DNA of 64,000 bases from an uncultured Candidatus Poseidoniales archaeon (GTDB lineage Archaea; Thermoplasmatota; Poseidoniia; Poseidoniales; Thalassarchaeaceae). The stretch's first letter is position 1; every line of letters starts with the position of its first letter. The stretch spans positions 66,468 through 130,467 of the forward strand of contig CACELO010000002.1 in assembly GCA_902560445.1 (NCBI GenBank), read 5' to 3'. A program made the translations under genes and the position numbers. The notes beneath the pieces are model-generated. The model saw nothing but the letters and a program-made list of their open reading frames with translations, ran no database searches and was not told the DNA's origin. This document shows, piece after piece, positions 45,945-54,732 of the stretch.

Positions 45945-47000
45945 TTAATTTCTGTAGGCCTGAATTAATCGAACATCCTCAACCGGTTTATCGTTGCTAC
46001 CAGTTGATACTTCGCTAATCGCATCAACGTGGTTCATTCCCGAAGTCACCATTCCGAATACCGTGTGAACACCGTCAAGGTGACTTGGTGTACTATCAGA
46101 AGGGACAATGTAAAACTGGCTACCAGCTGTATTGGGGGCAGAAGTCTTTGCCATGGCAATTACGCTTGGTTCGTGCAAGAGACCATTGTCAGCCTCATCG
46201 GGTACAGTCCAATCATTTCTTGGACAATTTTCAGATGTGTAAATTTCTCCATCGCTTCCAGATATCTCTCCATTGCAGTACCCATACCAAATTCCAGCAT
46301 AACCCCCTGCGCCATTCATGTCATCAATGTCCCCGCCTTGTATCATAAAACCATCAATTATTCGATGGAAAATTGTTGAGTCGTACATTCCATTGTCGAC
46401 TAGATACAGGAAGTTCTCTACGTGCTTTGGTGCTTCTGAGGAATACAATTGAATGACGATTTCCCCCTCTAAGCGAGAATTAGGATTATCCGGGTCAATG
46501 TATGAGACTTGTAGGGTAACTTCGGTACTGTCCAATGGCTGTTCGAGCGATTCTCCTGCAAATTTGAAGGCAACTAAGAACACCATTATTCCTACAAATA
46601 CGGCAGCAAGTCCTGCTGGTGTAGGATTGCCGTCATCGAATAGCTGCAAACCTTTGCCCAATGAAATCGATTGCTCGTCCATCATCGATGCTAATTTATT
46701 CTGAGCTCGACGGATATCTTTGTTTGATGGTTCTAGTTTCAACGCGCGTTGGTAGCTATTGTGTGCATCTTGCCAATGCATTTTGCGATTGCCCATGTCA
46801 ATATCGCCTTTGGCAATCTTTGCCTCAGCTGCCAAGGATATTACCTGAACCTTCTGAGAGTTATTTTCTGTTGCAGCCCATGCTTCGGTTCTAAGTAGTT
46901 CTAGAGCATTATCTACATCTCCAGAATCAATCATTGATATGGCGCGGGACAGGGCGTCCTTCAGAGCGCTCGGTCCTGCAGGCATAGGTCCGCCGACCAC
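45945..47000 (-). CDS. Membrane-anchored cyclophilin-type peptidyl-prolyl cis-trans isomerase with an N-terminal helical (TPR-like) cytoplasmic domain
   Basis: HVENFLYLVDNGMYDSTIFHRIIDGFMIQGGD and HLDGVHTVFGMV cyclophilin blocks. TM LAAVFVGIMVFLVAF. Confidence 0.8.
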   Translation of the reverse strand: MVGGPMPAGPSALKDALSRAISMIDSGDVDNALELLRTEAWAATENNSQKVQVISLAAEAKIAKGDIDMGNRKMHWQDAHNSYQRALKLEPSNKDIRRAQNKLASMMDEQSISLGKGLQLFDDGNPTPAGLAAVFVGIMVFLVAFKFAGESLEQPLDSTEVTLQVSYIDPDNPNSRLEGEIVIQLYSSEAPKHVENFLYLVDNGMYDSTIFHRIIDGFMIQGGDIDDMNGAGGYAGIWYGYCNGEISGSDGEIYTSENCPRNDWTVPDEADNGLLHEPSVIAMAKTSAPNTAGSQFYIVPSDSTPSHLDGVHTVFGMVTSGMNHVDAISEVSTGSNDKPVEDVRLIQAYRN

Positions 47001-47023
47001 CCACCCCTTGAAAACCGCAACGG

Positions 47024-48982
47024 ATGGGAAATCAAACCTTAGAGCGTGATATTGACTGTATCATGACTTTGGGGTTGAGGAATTACGGAACGGGAACGGC
47101 TAAGACCGTAATTAACACGGCCCACGTTGCGCAAGCATACCGTATGTGCCCGCAGACCCCCCCCTGGAGACCTCAAACGATGGCAGATATCGTCAACGAT
47201 TTCACAGTCAATATCGCAACTGCAAATGGAACAGGGTCGCAGTCTGCGAACCTGATTTTGCTTCATTCGATGTTCGAGATGGGAGTGCCTGTAAGTGGGA
47301 AGAATCTCTTCCCAAGTAACATATCTGGGCTACCAACTTGGTTTATAATCCGGGCTAGTGATGAAGGTTATCAAGCTCCGGGAGACGTCACCCACATTCA
47401 GGTAGTAATGAACAAGGATACTTGGCTGGCTGATGTGGAGAAGGCTGAGCCCGGGACTATTATCATCCACAATATGGATGTAAAACTACCAGTTGAAAGA
47501 GATGATTGCATAGTGCTCGGAATGCCAATGACAAAGATGGCTCGCTCAATTAATCCAAAACTTGCGAGAATGATTGCAAACATGTACTATGTCGGAGGAC
47601 TTGCTGAAACTCTCGGTATTGAAGAATCAGCAATCGCTTCTGCTGTGGCTCAGCAATTCAAGGGTAAGGAAAAGGCAATTCAATTGAATCTCCAGGCGAT
47701 TTCCGAGGGCAGGGATTTTGCTAGAGAAAACTGGAATTGTGATATCGGCTATTCTGTTGCTGCGCGAGACAAAGACCCAAACACATTCCTAATCGAAGGT
47801 AACGAAGCGGCAGCTTTGGGATGTATTTTCGGTGGAATCAACATGTTATCTTGGTATCCTATTACTCCTTCTTCATCACTTGCTGAATCAATTATATCTT
47901 GGTTGCCAAAATTGCGCGAAGCAGAAGATGGTGGAGCTACCTGTGCAGTTATTCAAGCCGAAGATGAATTAGCGGCTGTTGGAATGGTGGTTGGAGCTGG
48001 TTGGGCTGGTGGAAGAGGAATGACATGTACCAGCGGCCCTGGTATTTCCTTGATGTCTGAATTCATAGGATTGGCTTACTTTGCTGAGGTTCCTGGCGTG
48101 ATTTGGGATGTTAACCGAGTCGGGCCTTCAACCGGGCTGCCAACCAGAACTCAGCAAGGTGACCTTACTATGCTATACGAAGCCAGTCATGGAGATACTC
48201 AACATATTGTGTTGATTCCAGGAACTGTCGATGAATGCTTCGAATTTGGCTGGCGGTGTTTTGACGTAGCAGAAAAATTCCAGACTCTTGTCTTCGGATT
48301 CTCAGACTTAGATTTGGGAATGAACCGTTGGGTTACAGCAGGATTCGAATACCCTAATCAGAAATTGGACAGAGGTAAGGTAATCAGGACTCAAGAACAA
48401 CTTGATGCTATCGAGAATTTTGGCCGATATAGAGATGTAGACGGAGATGGAATTCCATACCGAACTCTCCCTGGTAGTGGATTAGAGCCGATTCTTTACA
48501 GAGGAACTGGTCACGATGAAGATGGAGTATATTCGGAAGACCCTGAAGTATACGCTGCAACAGTGGCACGCTTGAAGCGTAAAATCGAGGGCGCAAGGGA
48601 CAAACTTCCTGCTCCAGTTATGCGCGAGGAAAACGATAAGCAAGTGGGAATAATCTACTACGGGTCAGTCGAGAATACGATTACAGAAATCGACGATATT
48701 CTAGAATCAACTACCGGCATGAAGGTCAGTACTTGTAGAGTTAGAGCGCTACCATACCATTCAGAGGTAGAGCGCTTCATAGCAGAACATGACCAAGTGG
48801 TAGTCTTAGAAATCAACAGAGATGGACAGCTATTCGGAATTCTTCGGAAAGAATTACCTGTTGAACACCTGAGCAAATTGCATTCGGTCGCCTTTAGTGA
48901 TGGAATTCCTCCGCGAGCCCGGGTATATGCTGAGATGATATTGAAAACCTTGTCTGGCGATACAAAAGAGGTGATTGTATGA
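47024..48982 (+). CDS. korA: 2-oxoacid:ferredoxin oxidoreductase, alpha subunit (fused gamma-alpha, Sulfolobus type)
   Basis: 652 aa. GNEAAALGCIFGGINMLSWYPITPSSSLAE. Overlaps the beta-subunit gene by 4 nt. Confidence 0.85.
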   Translation: MGNQTLERDIDCIMTLGLRNYGTGTAKTVINTAHVAQAYRMCPQTPPWRPQTMADIVNDFTVNIATANGTGSQSANLILLHSMFEMGVPVSGKNLFPSNISGLPTWFIIRASDEGYQAPGDVTHIQVVMNKDTWLADVEKAEPGTIIIHNMDVKLPVERDDCIVLGMPMTKMARSINPKLARMIANMYYVGGLAETLGIEESAIASAVAQQFKGKEKAIQLNLQAISEGRDFARENWNCDIGYSVAARDKDPNTFLIEGNEAAALGCIFGGINMLSWYPITPSSSLAESIISWLPKLREAEDGGATCAVIQAEDELAAVGMVVGAGWAGGRGMTCTSGPGISLMSEFIGLAYFAEVPGVIWDVNRVGPSTGLPTRTQQGDLTMLYEASHGDTQHIVLIPGTVDECFEFGWRCFDVAEKFQTLVFGFSDLDLGMNRWVTAGFEYPNQKLDRGKVIRTQEQLDAIENFGRYRDVDGDGIPYRTLPGSGLEPILYRGTGHDEDGVYSEDPEVYAATVARLKRKIEGARDKLPAPVMREENDKQVGIIYYGSVENTITEIDDILESTTGMKVSTCRVRALPYHSEVERFIAEHDQVVVLEINRDGQLFGILRKELPVEHLSKLHSVAFSDGIPPRARVYAEMILKTLSGDTKEVIV

Positions 48983-50016
48983 GTATGAGGCCGATTCAAC
49001 TCAATGTTATCGACCTACCAAAGGCAGACTATACTGGAGGGCCTTCCTCTCTATGTCCTGGTTGTGGACACGATCAAATTTCCAACGTAATCATCCAAGC
49101 CGCTTGGGAAAATGGTATTGCACCAGAAAAAATTGCCAAGATGTCGGGTATCGGGTGTTCTTCCAAGACTCCTGCTTACTTCCTAGGCAAGTCTCACGGA
49201 TTCAACACAGTACACGGTAGAATGCCCTCGGTTACAACCGGTGCAAACATGGTCAACAAGGACCTCGCCTTCCTCGGTGTATCTGGTGACGGTGATACCG
49301 CTTCAATTGGAATTGGACAATTTATCCATGCGATTAGACGTAATCTAAACATGGTCTACATTATCGAAAATAACGGAGTTTATGGACTGACAAAGGGTCA
49401 GTACTCTGCAACAGTAGAAAAAGGTTCGAAAAAAAAGAAGGGGGCAACCAACGAAAATCCTCCAATCGATCTTTGTAAGATGGCAATTAACCTTGGATGT
49501 GGCTTCGTAGCAAGGTCATTTTCGGGTTCAAAAAAGCAGTTAACTGCACTATTACGGGCCGCCTTATCGCACAAGGGAATGGCGGTAATCGATGTGATTT
49601 CACCTTGTGTTACTTTCGCAAATAATGATGAATCATACCGTTCTTACAATTACGTTAAGGGGAATGAAGAGGAACTTCATACCGTTGATTACATCCCACA
49701 CTTTACTCCGATCGAAGAGGTAGAAGTTCCGGAAGGCCAATTCGAGGATATCAGCCTATTTGATGGTTCAACCCTGAGATTAGAAACACTTGGGGAAGAT
49801 CACGACCCAGGTAATCCGGTGGCTGCATTGGCAGCGATTCATGAGGCTGAAGAAAATGACAAGCACGTAACGGGACTTCTCTATTATGATTCAGAGATGA
49901 AGACTGCTGACGAGGCACTGGGCCTAACTGACACTCCTTTAGTAGATTTATCTGAGGATGAATTAAGGCCAAGTAAGGCAGCTCTGAAAGAACTCAACCA
50001 ATCTTTCCGGGCTTGA
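48979..50016 (+). CDS. korB: 2-oxoacid:ferredoxin oxidoreductase, beta subunit (TPP-binding)
   Basis: CPGCGHDQI, GIGCSS, GDGD TPP motifs. Confidence 0.85.
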   Translation: MSMRPIQLNVIDLPKADYTGGPSSLCPGCGHDQISNVIIQAAWENGIAPEKIAKMSGIGCSSKTPAYFLGKSHGFNTVHGRMPSVTTGANMVNKDLAFLGVSGDGDTASIGIGQFIHAIRRNLNMVYIIENNGVYGLTKGQYSATVEKGSKKKKGATNENPPIDLCKMAINLGCGFVARSFSGSKKQLTALLRAALSHKGMAVIDVISPCVTFANNDESYRSYNYVKGNEEELHTVDYIPHFTPIEEVEVPEGQFEDISLFDGSTLRLETLGEDHDPGNPVAALAAIHEAEENDKHVTGLLYYDSEMKTADEALGLTDTPLVDLSEDELRPSKAALKELNQSFRA

Positions 50017-50081
50017 GTAATTGAGTCAATAATCTATCGAGCGGTTTTGTTGAAATATACGACCCGACTCGGCGAGTCGCT

Positions 50082-50157
50082 AGTCCCTTAGTGTAGCGGT
50101 CCATCATATGGCACTCTGGATGCCATGACCCTGGTTCAAATCCGGGAGGGACTACCA
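50082..50157 (+). tRNA. tRNA-Gln (anticodon CUG), encoded CCA
   Basis: AGTCCCT-TA-GTGTAGCGGTCCATCA-TGGCA-CTCTGGA-TGCCA-TGA-CCTGG-TTCAAAT-CCGGG-AGGGACT-A-CCA. Perfect 7-bp acceptor stem, 5-bp anticodon stem, 5-bp T stem. Confidence 0.85.
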
Positions 50158-50352
50158 AACAAATCACAGTGCACGGTTGAGTAATCTAGAAGCGAATGAA
50201 ATCATTAGGATAATCATAAACCAAGCCACGGCATATCTAGCCCAAGGAGTCTCCTTCTTTGGTTCAGGAAAAGGGTCAATTCCAGCTTCTATAGCTTCTG
50301 CGAACAAAGCTAATTCTTCCTCAATAGTCTCGGGGTCTCTCATTTCTATTCC

Positions 50353-51216
50353 TCAAGGTTCAGCAGTTGGGTTCCAACCAGAAACATAGGCTTCTTCTAA
50401 TTGATTAAACGCAGATTCTGTGCCATTAATATCTACTTTCAAACTTGCAAGATTCTCGTATATTCTACCGGGATTACTAGATTTAGGGATGGTAATTGCA
50501 CCAGTATCGTAAACCCATTTAATTGCGGCTTGGGCTGGTGTACATCCTAGTGATTTTGCTATCTTTGTGAGATTACCACATTCCACTTTGTGACCTCTTG
50601 CCAACGGTGAGTAAGCCATTACATTGGCCCCGATGGCTTCTGTTGCTGCACGGAGCGCAGGTCGCTGATTCCAAGGATGCAATTCCACCTGATTGACGGC
50701 AGGTAAAATGGTGGCATAGGCTCGCATATCATCTAGATGATGAGCGCCATAATTACTCACTCCAATCGTTCTAGTCCATCCACGAGCGAGGCATTCTTCC
50801 ATTCCTCTCCAAACCTCTGCTCTAGCGTCGATATCTTCAGGTGGAGCATGAACGAGATATAGGTCAATAGAATCCAAGCCAAGCATATCTAGACTGATTC
50901 GACAGTGCTCTAAAGCTGCTTCATAACTCGTCGCATGTGGTCTTCGTAGTTTAGTTACGACAAATATCTCCTCTCTTGCAACCCCGCTCTCTCGAATAGC
51001 CGCTCCCGTCTCGGTTTCGTTTGCGTAAGATCTTGCAGTATCGATTAGTCGATATCCATGGTTGATTGCATGCTTAACAGCGCTACGGCATTCACCCCCT
51101 TCGGACATTTGCCAAACTCCTAGACCAAACCTAGGCATTTGCACTTCATGCTCGCGATGGCCTGTGGCTGTATTGGTATGTCCAATGGTAATGTAGTCAA
51201 AGTCGCCAGCGCTCAT
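50353..51216 (-). CDS. Aldo/keto reductase family oxidoreductase
   Basis: LGVWQM...AINHGYRLIDTARSYANE...LYLVHAP...VSNY AKR signature blocks. Confidence 0.85.
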   Translation of the reverse strand: MSAGDFDYITIGHTNTATGHREHEVQMPRFGLGVWQMSEGGECRSAVKHAINHGYRLIDTARSYANETETGAAIRESGVAREEIFVVTKLRRPHATSYEAALEHCRISLDMLGLDSIDLYLVHAPPEDIDARAEVWRGMEECLARGWTRTIGVSNYGAHHLDDMRAYATILPAVNQVELHPWNQRPALRAATEAIGANVMAYSPLARGHKVECGNLTKIAKSLGCTPAQAAIKWVYDTGAITIPKSSNPGRIYENLASLKVDINGTESAFNQLEEAYVSGWNPTAEP

Positions 51217-51302
51217 GTTCTTTCCTGAGAGATGCTTGACTTGAGTTTGCCGAGAGGCTACGCTCAGGGCTGGATTGAAGCGGTAAACCCCCTCGTTGAG
51301 TC

Positions 51303-52814
51303 ATGGGTGAGTTGCCAGAGGGGGTTGAATTACCCTCGGTCGAGGTCGCAAAACCACGACCTTCGGCTGCAGCAGTAATCAGTAGGAATGCAGGAGAAAA
51401 CATGGAGATATTACTCTGTCATAGAGTATCTGAAGTCCCTAGTTTCCCCGATTTTTGGGCATTTCCCGGCGGTGGGATTAGTAGGGTTGATCGAAAGGTA
51501 GCGGAATCCAACCCCTCTTGGTTTTCTGAAAGAGAAGATCGTGAGTGGTTAATCGCACTATTGAGAGAAATGTTGGAAGAAGTAGGGGTTGTACCCGATG
51601 GTAATGGGGATTTTGTGAATGTTGAAATTGAAATTATCGATCGAGTCAATGAAAATAAATCAGAATGGTCGAAACTAGTTTTTGAAAATAAATTATCAAT
51701 CGATAATTTCAACCCTGCACAAATTACACAAAGAACTACTCCACCGGTTGCACCAATTCGCCATAGGAATCGATTCTATCATGTCGATACTGGAAATAAT
51801 CTAATTAAACCAAAATTACCTACAGGTCGTTCTGAATTTGATGAATTTCAATGGTGGAAGCCAGCCGAACTACTTCATGCCTGGCTTTCTCACAAAGTAA
51901 AGCTACCACCCCCTCAAGTCACACTTATTCGTGACATAGTTGAGTTAGGATTCTCTGAATTAGCCAAAAACCCTCCAAGCGGGTATCATAGAATCGAATA
52001 TGCAAATGGTGTGGAACTAGTACCAATACCGACTGACACACTTCCTCCAGCAACCCATACAGATTGCTATGTTTTAGGTCATCCTGGCGGAAGTAGAATC
52101 ATTGTCGACCCAGCTGCTAGGTCGATTGAGGCCTTGGAAATACTAAGCAAAAAGGTGGCTGAAATAGAGAAATCTGGAAGTAAAATAATTGCTACTGTAT
52201 TTACTCACAAACATCCCGACCACATAGGAGATTTATTAGAGATTTCCAAGATTTACCAAGCACCAATTTTTGCTAGTGAAGAAACTCTTTCCGTTTTACC
52301 AAAATGCGAAACCGATAGGACTGTTAGCGAGGGAGATATTATCGAGATTGATGATGAAACTTGGAGCGTTATCGAAACACATGGTCATTGTCCTGGACAC
52401 ATTTGCTTGGTTGGGGAAGCAGGTATTGTAAGTGGAGATAACGCTGTACTATTCGGCACAATTCTAGTTCCATCCTCAGATGGAGACATGAATGAGTATC
52501 TTGCAGGATTAGAACGCCTGAGAGACTTGGATCCACCTCTTCTATTCCCAGGTCATGGACCCATGGTTGCAAATCCGAAGAGATTATTGACACGTTATTT
52601 GAATCATCGTAAAGAACGTCATTTGAGAGTATTAAATGCTGTCAAATCAAGCGACGGAAGCCTTGATTCGATTACCAGTGAAGCATACGCAGATACTCCA
52701 GATGCTCATCCAAATCTTGCCATGGATCAAACCTATTCACACTTACTTGCACTTGAGGAAAGTGGAAACATTCGTCAAGAAGATGGAATATGGAATTTTG
52801 TTAAGGTGAAATGA
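51303..52814 (+). CDS. Fusion protein: N-terminal NUDIX hydrolase domain plus C-terminal metallo-beta-lactamase-fold hydrolase domain
   Basis: Nudix box GGGISRVDRKVAES...LLREMLEEVGVV. MBL motifs HTHKHPDHIGD, THGHCPGHICL, FPGHGP. Confidence 0.7.
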   Translation: MGELPEGVELPSVEVAKPRPSAAAVISRNAGENMEILLCHRVSEVPSFPDFWAFPGGGISRVDRKVAESNPSWFSEREDREWLIALLREMLEEVGVVPDGNGDFVNVEIEIIDRVNENKSEWSKLVFENKLSIDNFNPAQITQRTTPPVAPIRHRNRFYHVDTGNNLIKPKLPTGRSEFDEFQWWKPAELLHAWLSHKVKLPPPQVTLIRDIVELGFSELAKNPPSGYHRIEYANGVELVPIPTDTLPPATHTDCYVLGHPGGSRIIVDPAARSIEALEILSKKVAEIEKSGSKIIATVFTHKHPDHIGDLLEISKIYQAPIFASEETLSVLPKCETDRTVSEGDIIEIDDETWSVIETHGHCPGHICLVGEAGIVSGDNAVLFGTILVPSSDGDMNEYLAGLERLRDLDPPLLFPGHGPMVANPKRLLTRYLNHRKERHLRVLNAVKSSDGSLDSITSEAYADTPDAHPNLAMDQTYSHLLALEESGNIRQEDGIWNFVKVK

Positions 52815-52815
52815 A

Positions 52816-53670
52816 ATGCAGTCGGAATTGTGGCAGGAAATTCCAGAATTTGACGGAGCAGATGTTGAACAGAAATGGATTGAGGGAAATACGGGATACA
52901 ATCTAAGAGTCCTACATTGGACCCCAAAAAATGAAGATTATAAACAAGCTAGAACACTTGTAATGATTCCTGGCTGGAACTCGGTTCCGGAGGGATGGTT
53001 TCCTATTCTTTCGGAGTGGGTGAAGCAGAGACCTGTAGTTTACATTGAAACTCGGGAAAAAGGAAGTTGTCGAATTGACATGAAAATTTCCAAAGAGTCG
53101 TTCCAAATCCAAAATATCGCATCCGATTTACCAATCATTTTGGCAAGGATAGGGCTTGAACCATCAGACTGTGACGCCATGGGTTCATCATTGGGCGCTA
53201 CACTATTACTCGAAGGACTTAGGGGTGAAACATTGGTTTTTCGAAGTATTGTTGTATTATCTCCAAACCTAGCATTCACTCCCCCTATTTGGGCTAGACC
53301 TCTAATTCCCGCACCATTATTTCTGTACGATGCTTTGGTTAAATTTGTAATTTGGTATCTGGATAAGCGTTTGAAAGAAGAGGGCCAAAGAATCCGTTAT
53401 AGAAGAACTCTATTAGCAGCGCCAATCGATAGACTAAGGCTTTGCTCGTTAGTCTTTAGAAAATACAAGATGAACCTTGATTTCTCCAATACTAACGCCC
53501 CGGTAGGGATTCTCAGAGCATCTTCTGACACTCTACATGACCACTCGGATGCCGGTAAACTTAGCAATCAAATCCCAAATTCCAGATTAATTGAAATCGA
53601 AAGTAATCAATTTGCACATGAGGCGCCCGCTATATCTGTAATCGAAGATTTCATGGAAACCGCTGCCTGA
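52816..53670 (+). CDS. Alpha/beta-fold hydrolase
   Basis: Nucleophile elbow GSSLG. Starts 2 nt after the upstream gene. Confidence 0.55.
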   Translation: MQSELWQEIPEFDGADVEQKWIEGNTGYNLRVLHWTPKNEDYKQARTLVMIPGWNSVPEGWFPILSEWVKQRPVVYIETREKGSCRIDMKISKESFQIQNIASDLPIILARIGLEPSDCDAMGSSLGATLLLEGLRGETLVFRSIVVLSPNLAFTPPIWARPLIPAPLFLYDALVKFVIWYLDKRLKEEGQRIRYRRTLLAAPIDRLRLCSLVFRKYKMNLDFSNTNAPVGILRASSDTLHDHSDAGKLSNQIPNSRLIEIESNQFAHEAPAISVIEDFMETAA

Positions 53671-53673
53671 TTT

Positions 53674-54732
53674 TCAAGCCATTGAAGAGAATGGGTCGTC
53701 CCCACTCCATGAGTCTACTGAACCGTCGTCGTATCGCCCCAATTTATCATATAGATTCTCAATAATTGCATATGGCCAATCTGGGTTTGTTGGGCCGTAT
53801 CTCTCTGCCATACGGTTCCCCTCACCACCATGAAAATGCATTGGAACCTCGAGACGGCGCAGCATACCATCAGGCACACCACCCATAGCAAACAGGTGCT
53901 CAGTTCCATTTCGCCCTAGAACACGATCTGGCACCGAGTCTTCATCTGCTGGTAAGTCACAGGCATCTACAATAGAATCAACAAGAGCGTTAAATGCAGC
54001 ATCTGTCCCACCTTCGTGTGTAATTGATTCAATTGCAGGAATTATGTTCATTGGGTCCAATTCTCCTGTCAAAATCTGTAACCAAGTATGGTGTGCTAAA
54101 CAATTGAACTTCCAAGGATCTGAGACCACAAATCGCCAAGCCGCATATGGCCCTCTGGAACTATCTCCGGGTTCGGGAAGTAAACCATATTCGATGAAGG
54201 CATCCTTCAATCCACCAAGTCTAGTTGGATCCATTGCAATATGTGCGTTAGCGAGAGTTTCTTCTGTCAATAACCACCATTCCGGTCCCTCTCTATGAGT
54301 AGAAATAGTATCATGTAATTGATCATAAACACCAAAATTAGTCGGTAATGAGCCGGTTTGAGCATGAGTTCGCATCACATGAGAACTCAGACCTGAATCG
54401 AAGCGGTGATGGAAGTATTCATGGTCAAATCCGAAAATAAATGCTAAGTCCAAGGCCAACATTTCAGCCTCTTCAATCCCATTCTCATTCATTCGGTTTG
54501 CCATTATTGCCGCCTGCTCGGCTAGTGCATCTGCATTGCAATGTATACCCCAATCAATATCCACTTCTACATCGATAGTATTCCGAAGTAGCATTGGCCG
54601 ATACCAAAAGGCTCTGAGACCTATGTCGACTTCTCCCATGGTTTCTGGACCATACACGTATGGCACCCCATCGCCCATGCGAAGCCCCCCCATACCAGTC
54701 ATTGTCAATGGGCCTAAGCCGTCAGATATCAA
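53674..54732 (-). CDS. Hypothetical protein with a His-rich motif (possibly a metal-dependent enzyme)
   Basis: Intact 352-aa ORF; FDHEYFHHRFD and HHTWLQ motifs; no family confidently recognised. Confidence 0.4.
   Translation of the reverse strand: MISDGLGPLTMTGMGGLRMGDGVPYVYGPETMGEVDIGLRAFWYRPMLLRNTIDVEVDIDWGIHCNADALAEQAAIMANRMNENGIEEAEMLALDLAFIFGFDHEYFHHRFDSGLSSHVMRTHAQTGSLPTNFGVYDQLHDTISTHREGPEWWLLTEETLANAHIAMDPTRLGGLKDAFIEYGLLPEPGDSSRGPYAAWRFVVSDPWKFNCLAHHTWLQILTGELDPMNIIPAIESITHEGGTDAAFNALVDSIVDACDLPADEDSVPDRVLGRNGTEHLFAMGGVPDGMLRRLEVPMHFHGGEGNRMAERYGPTNPDWPYAIIENLYDKLGRYDDGSVDSWSGDDPFSSMA

Noticed and set aside
50177-50389. 70-aa ORF on the + strand after tRNA-Gln
   Set aside because: No RBS or promoter; low-complexity Ser/Ala-rich translation; overlaps the 3' end of the convergent aldo/keto reductase gene. 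Likely non-coding.
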